Assembly: GCA_051294375.1 (NCBI GenBank)
Contig: CM119267.1
Location: 19,121,995-19,142,788 of the forward strand
Direction: 5' to 3'
Source of the DNA: Paraspadella gotoi
Taxonomy: Eukaryota; Animalia; Chaetognatha
DNA length: 20,794 nt
Under the pieces are notes generated by a model. The model was given only the letters and a program-made list of their open reading frames with translations. It had not been told where the DNA came from and did no database searches. Positions 12,358 through 20,794 of this stretch are shown here, piece by piece. The position numbers and the translations under genes are program-made. The stretch's first letter is position 1. The number at the start of each line of letters is the position of its first letter.

Positions 12358-13265
12358 TAAAGAAGCTTTTGCTTTTTCATTATTTTTTTTTCATTTCTTT
12401 CTTTCTTTCATTCATTCATTCATTCATTCATTCNNNNNNNNNNNNNNNNNNNNNNNNNNNNNNNNNNNNNNNNNNNNNNNNNNNNNNNNNNNNNNNNNNN
12501 NNNNNNNNNNNNNNNNNNNNNNNNNNNNNNNNNNNNNNNNNNNNNNNNNNNNNNNNNNNNNNNNNNNNNNNNNNNNNNNNNNNNNNNNNNNNNNNNNNNN
12601 NNNNNNNNNNNNNNNNNNNNNTCTTTCTTTCTTTCTTTCTTTCTTTCTTTTGTCCTTCCTCACTCTCCGACCGACTGTTTGTGAAAATATTTTTTGGCTG
12701 GTTTCACTTCTAACAATGTTTTCGTTGAGGGAGAAACTTCGTTCGATATCGCGATATTTTTGTATCGNNNNNNNNNNTTCCGATCTTTTTTGAGTCGCGA
12801 ATCGCCGCCGCTCGACATGACAATTTTTTTTTTTTTTTGGCCGTTTGGCTGTTAAATGTCCGAGATAGACGATGAACTATTTTTAAATCGTAAGAAGTTG
12901 CTCATTTTGAGAGAAACTCTTGAATCATTTGCTCGGGTTTTTCGGTATTAACGCCGAATCTCTCGCGTGATCACATTTTCTCACGGCATTTTCTTCTTCA
13001 TTCTACCAAAAAATCTCATACTTTAAATTATCATTTTTAATTAACAAAAATAATCTTGTGCCCCCCAAAAAACCGTCGAACAAAAAACTCCTCTCCTCTC
13101 GACAAATCCAAAATCTTCTTCGTACCCTTAATTCAATTTTCTTTATCGGCGCCATAATTTGTCTTTAAGCCGTTGTTATCTTTCGCCTAGAAAGTACAGG
13201 GCGATCGGCGAGAAGGGGTTCGGTACAAGGCGACTTGCGTCAAGCGTCGAGACAGTTTGCATATT
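11095..13265 (-). repeat. Right arm of long inverted repeat
   Basis: For example, CTTCAAAGAAATGCCAAAACCTTAAAAGCAGATTT (from 11177) is the near-exact reverse complement of AAATCTGCTTTTAAGGTTTTTGGCATTTCTTTGAAG (8074-8109). The purine-rich tracts of the left arm appear here as pyrimidine-rich tracts. Confidence 0.9.
11459..11556. repeat. T-rich 36-bp period repeat, 3 copies
   Basis: CTTGTTTTT(T/A)ATCTTTTTATTTTT starts at 11461, 11497 and 11533. Confidence 0.75.
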
Positions 13266-13691
13266 AATCTCGTAAATTTGGTTGTTTATGGTCAAGACGG
13301 TCTTTAAGATGACTAAATGTTTCCTTCGGTGTTTAATGAAAGATTTTGTTTTATTTCTCAGTCGCCTGTTACATCATCTTACCTCACCTGATTAACCACT
13401 TACGAACACACCCAATTCCGACGGCTACAAACCGCAATACGTTCTGCACCCTATCGCCAAACCCTTCTGCACCCTACCATCAAATAAACAGCCCCCCCCC
13501 ACCGAGCCACCCCCCAGCCCGCAAGAGGGCCGCTTCCGCCGCCGCGGCGCGATCCAAAATCGCGGGAGGCTGCGAATCGCAGAAATTCCGAAAAAAAATT
13601 TTATAGAAAAAGAAAAAAGAAGGAAAAACAAAAATTTTACTTGGATATGGAATGAAATTTGGACTCGAATCAAAATTGCGGAGGCGGGAGG

Positions 13692-13693
<2 letters not shown>

Positions 13694-13765
<72 letters not shown>
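13694..13765. repeat. (GA)n microsatellite
   Basis: Perfect GA run. Confidence 0.97.
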
Positions 13766-13768
<3 letters not shown>

Positions 13769-14704
13769 GAGGTTTTTGTGGGTCTGAGCAAAATTTTTCG
13801 TTTTTGCGTTCGTCTCCTTTGGTTCTTCACGTTTCCTTACGGAGATTTATTTGTTCGTTGCGTCCGAGTTTTTTTTTATTTACTTTTTATTTCTTTTATG
13901 TTAATTTTATGCGTAGAAAGTTTAAGATTTCTTTTTGAATTTTTTGTTTCTATTCTTTGTTCCTCGACGAATATGCAGTTTCTTCCTTTGTTGCGCTCTC
14001 TCTCAAATCCTGTTAGTTTTTATCCTCTCTCTCTCTCTCTCTCTCTCNNNNNNNNNNNNNNNNNNNNNNNNNNNNNNNNNNNNNNNNNNNNNNNNNNNNN
14101 NNNNNNNNNNNNNNNNNNNNNNNNNNNNNNNNNNNNNNNNNNNNNNNNNNNNNNNNNNNNNNNNNNNNNNNNNNNNNNNNNNNNNNNNNNNNNNNNNNNN
14201 NNNNNNNNNNNNNNNNNNNNNNNNNNNNNNNNNNNNNNNNNNNNNNNNNNNNNNNNNNNNNNNNNNNNNNNNNNNNNNNNNNNNNNNNNNNNNNNNNNNN
14301 NNNNNNNNNNNNNNNNNNNNNNNNNNNNNNNNNAATTTTTTCCTTTTCCTTTGTTACATACTTGCGGGGTCCATCAAGCCGGAAGCGTCAAACCTCAAGG
14401 CGATCGTCCGGAAATTACGCAAAAAAAAAAAATCTTCCTTTTTTCGAAAAAGACAACTTGTTTCAAAGAAAAAAAATATTGAAAAAAAATAGAAAAATTT
14501 TCTCTCTAGGAATTTTAAAAAAAAGTTTAAAAAGGGTTTTAAAAGAGTAAAAAAAAACTGTTGAAACAAGTTAAGAACTTCCCTCGCTGATCGTGGTGGT
14601 TCCCCGTTTTTCGTTCATTGTTGAAATAACATTCCTCCTCTGTTACTTTAGGGACTCTTTAATTGCTATCGGAATTAGTTCTTTTCGAGGTCTCTTTTTC
14701 ATTT

Positions 14705-14737
<33 letters not shown>

Positions 14738-15295
14738 CCCAAGAGGAGAGAATCATTATCTCCAAACTTAATCTACTGGAGAACGAGAGAGGAGTACGCC
14801 ACGACGAGAGAGAGACGCGCAAGCAGAGAGAAGGAGAGAGAGCAAAAACAGAAAAAAAAAGAGTCTGAGCTTCAGAAAGACACGTTTTTCCCAAAGCATG
14901 AAAACCAACAAAGGGATTCACCGCCTAAAAAAAAAGAAAGAAAAAACAAAAAAGTCCCGAAAAGATGAGCGCACACGTTTTCCCTTTTTTTTCAACCGGA
15001 AAAAAAGTAGAGACAAAATTTTTTACANNNNNNNNNNNNNNNNNNNNNNNNNNNNNNNNNNNNNNNNNNNNNNNNNNNNNNNNNNNNNNNNNNNNNNNNN
15101 NNNNNNNNNNNNNNNNNNNNNNNNNNNNNNNNNNNNNNNNNNNNNNNNNNNNNNNNNNNNNNNNNNNNNNNNNNNNNNNNNNNNNNNNNNNNNNNNNNNN
15201 NNNNNNNNNNNNNNNNNNNNNNNNNNNNNNNNNNNNNNNNNNNNNNNNNNNNNNNNNNNNNNNNNNNNNNNNNNNNNNNATTGTTTACTTTTCAG

Positions 15296-17080
15296 ATGTC
15301 GCGGAGGCCGCGTTCCTTTGAAGGCTCCGACGGCCGTATTCCGCCCCGCCGCAGCACCGCCGCCGCCACCGCCGCCGCAAGTCTACGCCCCGCCGCCACC
15401 GCCATGCTCTGACTCGGCGGTCTTTTCCCGCGCTTCCTTCGACAGCGTCTCGAGTCGCCACGCCCCCCTCGACGCCGGAAAAAGCCGAGGCTTCGACGCC
15501 AACCGGAAACGGTGGTCGCTGGTCGAACCAAGACGACGCCACGTCCCCGGATGTGGTAGTAAAGAATCGCGAAAACCCGGATGTAACGGAGATAACGTAC
15601 GAAAGTCCGTCGACGACAACGACGAGGATTATTTCGACGAATCTCCTCACTTCGTCTCTAGTTTCGTCGAAAGGTGGCGCTTTCGAAATTCCATCGCGTC
15701 GCGACGCTCGTTGGCGTTGCCGCGCAATGACTTCCGGTCCCGCGTCTCGTCGGCCGGCGACCTCGCGTCGGTTTCTCCTTTAAACGGCGCCCATTCCACT
15801 TCCGGTTCGATCCATTCGCCGCCGGAGGTCGCGAGAGTCGCTTGGCCGATCGACGCGCCGCCGGTCGGCGAAGAAATGAAGCAACAGATGAACAATCCGA
15901 CATACGACTGCGCCGTCGTCGTCGTCGGCGGCGGCGTTGACGCCAAAAGAGGTCGTCCCGGCGACGGTCGCTTGGCCAACCTCAACAACAACAACAACGA
16001 CGCTAACGACAATCATCTTCAACATCCTCAACACGCTCGTCCTCTTACGAAGGCTTCTCGATCCACCTCCGCGCTTCCCAATCCCTCCGCCGCCGTCGCC
16101 GCTCTCGCCGCCGCCGCGCAGGGTCCGCCGCTGGAAACTATGAGAGCGGAATATCGCCCTCCGACGGGCACGGCCTCTTCCGGTTATTTCGCGGAACAGG
16201 CTCCTGTTTATCGCCAACCGTCGCGCGTCACCAGCCACGCCTTCTTCGATCCGGGCGAGACGACTTCCGGACGAGTCGCAGACGACGTTCCGCCCGCAAA
16301 GGAACGACCCTTCAGAAGCGCCCCTTCCGTCGGACTCTCGGTCGGTCATCCCGTGTCACAGCGGCGACAGCCCGCTCAACTTCAGACGCAGCAGCATCAG
16401 CGTCAGCTTTCTCTGCGGCAGGCGCAGTCGCAGCATCGTCGCAGCGCGGCAGGCGGCGTCCACGTGGCGACGGCGTCGGACGTCGTGATTCCCGAGCGAC
16501 AGAGGGCGTCGATGGTCGGAGTCGAGAACGTTTACGACGACGTCTTCGAACCGGCGTCACCTGGACCTCCGGGTTACGCTCCCGACGGTCCCGGCGTCAA
16601 CCCCGCCATGAACTACTTCCCCTCTAACCCCCCTGACTCCAGCCAACCCTACTATCCGCCATTCGTTTCCCGTCTGCTGCAACATCAACTACAGCAGCAG
16701 CAACCGCACCGACCGCAGCCTCGACACGTTCCCTCCGACGGCGACGACTCTGAAGACTCATTCCTCCGCGTTCCTGGTCCGCAGAGCCAACCCCCGGCGC
16801 CGGCTCCCCACCGCCCCCCTCTCTCTTCCCAACTCTCTTGTCCCTCCTTGAGAAGTTCGATGACCTCGTCGGCTTTCGGCAGCCGCACCGAATCCCTCGC
16901 CGACATCGCCAAGACTTGGGAGTCGGCCGAGCTCGCCTCAACGAGGAGCTCGCTCAGTTCCGCCGCGGCGACGTCGCAGGCACCGCCGCAGCCCGCCCCA
17001 GCGGCGCCGCTTTATAATCATCGGCACAGCGCCTCGTTCGATCACTCGGCGTCGTTGGCGACGATGGCAGCGTCGAATAG
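15296..17080 (+). CDS. Large coding exon (1785 nt, phase 2-2) of an uncharacterised Pro/Ser/Gln/Ala-rich protein
   Basis: Acceptor TTTACTTTTCAG ends at 15295 and donor TAG|GTGAGA starts at 17081. The frame is stop-free over 595 codons, and GC/CpG content jumps sharply at both splice sites. Confidence 0.85.
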
Positions 17081-17102
17081 GTGAGAAGGGGGGTGCATAG
17101 AA

Positions 17103-17213
17103 GAATGAACGAACGAATGAATGAATGAATGAATGAATGAATGAATGAATGAATGAATGAATGAACGAATGAATGAATGAATGAATGAATGAATGAATGA
17201 ATGAATGAATGAA
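17103..17213. repeat. (GAAT)n microsatellite inside the 371-nt intron 17081-17451
   Basis: Near-perfect GAAT run with degenerate copies to about 17410. Confidence 0.95.
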
Positions 17214-17451
17214 TATTTAGATGAATTAATGAAGGAATGAATGAAGGGAAAAATGAAAATGAAATGAACAACGGAATGAATGAATGAATCAATGAATCAA
17301 TGAACTGAAATAAATTAAACTTCACAAGAATGAATGAACCAAATGAACGAATAAATAAATAAATAATGAATGAATGAAAGATTTAATGACTGAATTAATT
17401 AATGAATGGATGGCTGAAGGAATTCACGAATCATCTCCCCAACCCTCCAAG

Positions 17452-17937
17452 ATTCGCCTCGATGATCCATTTGGGCGTCGACGCCTCAAACGAGAATCGA
17501 CGCTCGTCTCTGGCGTCGATGGAAACCGGAAGTGACGCTTCGCCCGACGACGACTTCCTCTACAAGGAGCAGCTGCGGCGACGCCTTACGCAGCAGCGCA
17601 ACGCCGGGCTGCTGCAGCAACAGCCGCAACCGCAGCAACCGCGAGCAGTCAAGCCGCAGTACGCGACTCCTATGCTGCAGCGGCTGAGTCGAGAGAAGAA
17701 CTTGAACGAGTCCGGGCAGGTCGTTTCCTCTTCCTCATCCTCCGCCGCCGCTCCCGTCAAGGATCAAAAACTCAACTTCGTCAATTCCATAACTCACGAC
17801 GCCGCCGCCGCCGCCGCTCCTCCGGCGTCGAGAATTTCGGAACCGCAAATGACGACGACGCCGGCGCGATCCTCGCCTCCTGTCGCCGCGGTCAAACCCA
17901 ATAACGCCGGAATTCAACGCATGAACGCCGCTTTAAG
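17452..17937 (+). CDS. Next coding exon of the same gene (486 nt, phase 2-2)
   Basis: Acceptor CTCCCCAACCCTCCAAG ends at 17451 and donor AAG|GTAAAA starts at 17938. Splicing preserves frame (...MAASNR-FASMIHLG...) and the composition matches the previous exon. Confidence 0.82.
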
Positions 17938-19995
17938 GTAAAATTAGCGTTTGGTGGGAAGGTGGGTAAGTTTGAGTTAGACTCTGAGGGTGAGATCAGA
18001 AGAAAAATGTGAAAAGAATTCTCAGCGGCGCCAGTGAATATCGGTAATTTAGCGAGGAAAGGTGAGAGCTCGTTAAAAAAAAGCTCGTCTTGTTCAAAAT
18101 AACCCGAGGGGTGAAAACATTCGCGCCTTATTTCGGTGGCAATCAGGGTGCGTTAAAAAAAAACCGCTCCTTGATGAGGCACGCCGCCTCGTCGAACTCA
18201 AATTAGGTTAAACAAAAGAGCGCCGGTTCTACCTATCAGGCGACGCCGTTTCACGAGCTCGAGTTAGAAAAAAAAAAAGTTTATTAAAACGAAATGAGAT
18301 TAAGATGAATCGCTAGCGCGTTCATCAACTTCGCGCCGACGCAAATCGGTGCCGCGATTCGGTCTTGATTAAAGTTAAAGGAATTTAGCCACTCTTTATA
18401 TTCCCCGCCTTTTCACTTTGTTTTTGTTTTCTTCAAAAACACGAAATGTTTTGGTTTGGGAATCGAAACCGGTTGAGGCGTGGTCGAGTTGTGCAATGAA
18501 TTCGGCGAAACTAAAGAGATAAAAAATGGTTAAAAAAAAAAAAGAAAACTGGATCGAATCCTGATTCATGACTGACGAGTTTAAAGTGCGTTTTTTAAAA
18601 AAAAAATTATAATTATCTTTATTTCTTTATTTCGTAAGGAGAGCGCAATCCGACACTCAAAAATTAGAAACATTTCGAAACGAGAAAAAAAAAAAAGAAT
18701 TATTTTTTTACATTTATTCGTTTCAAAAAAATATACAAGACTGACGCCAAAGCAAAATTTTTTTTCTTATTTAATATTTTATTCAAATTTTCGTCACGAG
18801 TGTCTTTAGAAAAGTCTGGCGTCAAGAAAGGAAACATATCGCCGACTTTCGNNNNNNNNNNNNNNNNNNNNNNNNNNNNNNNNNNNNNNNNNNNNNNNNN
18901 NNNNNNNNNNNNNNNNNNNNNNNNNNNNNNNNNNNNNNNNNNNNNNNNNNNNNNNNNNNNNNNNNNNNNNNNNNNNNNNNNNNNNNNNNNNNNNNNNNNN
19001 NNNNNNNNNNNNNNNNNNNNNNNNNNNNNNNNNNNNNNNNNNNNNNNNNNNNNNNNNNNNNNNNNNNNNNNNNNNNNNNNNNNNNNNNNNNNNNNNNNNN
19101 NNNNNNNNNNNNNNNNNNNNNNNNNNNNNNNNNNNNNNNNNNNNNNNNNNNNNNNNNNNNNNNNNNNNNNNNNNNNNNNNNNNNNNNNNNNNNNNNNNNN
19201 NNNNNNNNNNNNNNNNNNNNNNNNNNNNNNNNNNNNNNNNNNNNNNNNNNNNNNNNNNNNNNNNNNNNNNNNNNNNNNNNNNNNNNNNNNNNNNNNNNNN
19301 NNNNNNNNNNNNNNNNNNNNNNNNNNNNNNNNNNNNNNNNNNNNNNNNNNNNNNNNNNNNNNNNNNNNNNNNNNNNAGGAGAAAATTGTTTTCTAGTTCT
19401 CGCCGGAGGAAAGAAGTGGATGGTGGAACGATGGATTGTGGAATTGAGTGGAATCATGGTGGGAGAGTGAAAAAGAATGATAAGAGCTTAAGGGTTTAGG
19501 GTTTAGTTGCTTCGTTATCCCCTTACTGAGAAGAGGGGAAAGAGTCGAGTTAACATGAGAAACTAAGAATATTATAAACGAGAACGATAATTCCAATGTG
19601 TTGCGCCGCAGTTACTTTATNNNNNNNNNNNNNNNNNNNNNNNNNNNNNNNNNNNNNNNNNNNNNNNNNNNNNNNNNNNNNNNNNNNNNNNNNNNNNNNN
19701 NNNNNNNNNNNNNNNNNNNNNNNNNNNNNNNNNNNNNNNNNNNNNNNNNNNNNNNNNNNNNNNNNNNNNNNNNNNNNNNNNNNNNNNNNNNNNNNNNNNN
19801 NNNNNNNNNNNNNNNNNNNNNNNNNNNNNNNNNNNNNNNNNNNNNNNNNNNNNNNNNNNNNNNNNNNNNNNNNNNNNNNNNCATCACTTTTAGGAATTCA
19901 TAAAGGCGGCGCTAGCAGTCCCTTAAATCTGAGCTTTTTTTCTGTCTTGACAAATGAGCAAAAGATTACAGACAAATTATATACATTTTTAACGA

Positions 19996-20034
19996 TAGAC
20001 CGACAGACATACCGACCGACCGACAGACCGACCG
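19996..20034. repeat. Degenerate (GACC/GACA)n tetranucleotide repeat
   Basis: gaccgacagacataccgaccgaccgacagaccgaccga. Confidence 0.7.
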
Positions 20035-20196
20035 AAAAGTGACTTAGAGAGTTTCTCCGCGAGTACTCGCGGCGCAACTAAAAATCTGTCGTTGTGAGTG
20101 TCAAAAAATGGCGCGAGAAGTTGGCGCGTCAGTTTCCCGTCAATCGATACTGAAGCTCCGTCATTTCCGAGTAACTGGCTCGCTCGAGACTTACAG

Positions 20197-20242
20197 GAAG
20201 CTGATGGGCGTGGCCGAAGAGTCGACGCCGAGAGTTCTTTGA
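20197..20242 (+). CDS. Possible terminal coding exon (R)KLMGVAEESTPRVL*
   Basis: TTACAG acceptor ends at 20196. A phase-2 join to 17937 gives ...QRMNAALRKLMGVAEESTPRVL*, with TCG/ACG/CCG codons like the upstream exons. The polypyrimidine tract is weak and two gaps intervene. Confidence 0.33.
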
Positions 20243-20794
20243 GTTACGGTCGTCGTCGACGTCGAAGGTTCACCTTGAATCTTCGCTTCGCCTCGAAAGA
20301 AAANNNNNNNNNNNNNNNNNNNNNNNNNNNNNNNNNNNNNNNNNNNNNNNNNNNNNNNNNNNNNNNNNNNNNNNNNNNNNNNNNNNNNNNNNNNNNNNNN
20401 NNNNNNNNNNNNNNNNNNNNNNNNNNNNNNNNNNNNNNNNNNNNNNNNNNNNGAGAGAGAGAGAGAGATAGTATCATGGGAAACAAGTTTCTAAAAAAAG
20501 AGAAAAAAATAGAGAGAAAAATCAACCGCTAAACACAAAAGTTATTTCCGTCTCAAGTTCTGGGTAGAAAGTACTTTTGAAGAAGATATTTAAATATACT
20601 TCGTATGTATTAGGTGTGCATCCTATACTTTTTTAGTTCTTTCGTCATCTTTTACATAAGAAAAAAAATGAACACTAGAGAAACGCTTGGAACTCGGCGA
20701 AGGTTAAGCAGATAAACATTCACCTCTGAAGCTGAGAAAAAACATTTTTCTTTCGTCCCGAGTCCCATTATCTCTGCCTCTGTCTCTCTCTCTC

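Noticed and set aside
15285-17917. Antisense and alternative-frame ORFs within the large exons
   Set aside because: Expected shadow ORFs in GC-rich, stop-poor coding sequence.
19489-19506. TTTAGGG telomere-like motif
   Set aside because: Only about two copies; consistent with chance.

Overview
Eukaryotic (probably invertebrate animal) draft-assembly DNA with 15 N gaps and many GA/CT, GAAA and GAAT microsatellites. I see no prokaryotic genes, RNA genes, CRISPR array or transposase. The best-supported gene is on the + strand: two large in-frame exons (15296-17080, 17452-17937) and a possible short last exon (20197-20242), encoding a Pro/Ser/Gln/Ala-rich, probably disordered protein I cannot name. 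A candidate minus-strand Asp/Glu-rich exon built from a 27-bp repeat (1164-1375) is missing from the ORF track. The dominant structure is a multi-kilobase inverted repeat (about 5430-8210 vs 11095-13265) around a spacer of about 2.9 kb. Its arms differ mostly by small indels, as do other noisy duplications here, so long-read gap-filling artefact is at least as likely as a real foldback element or inverted duplication. All alignments were made by eye, so boundaries are approximate.
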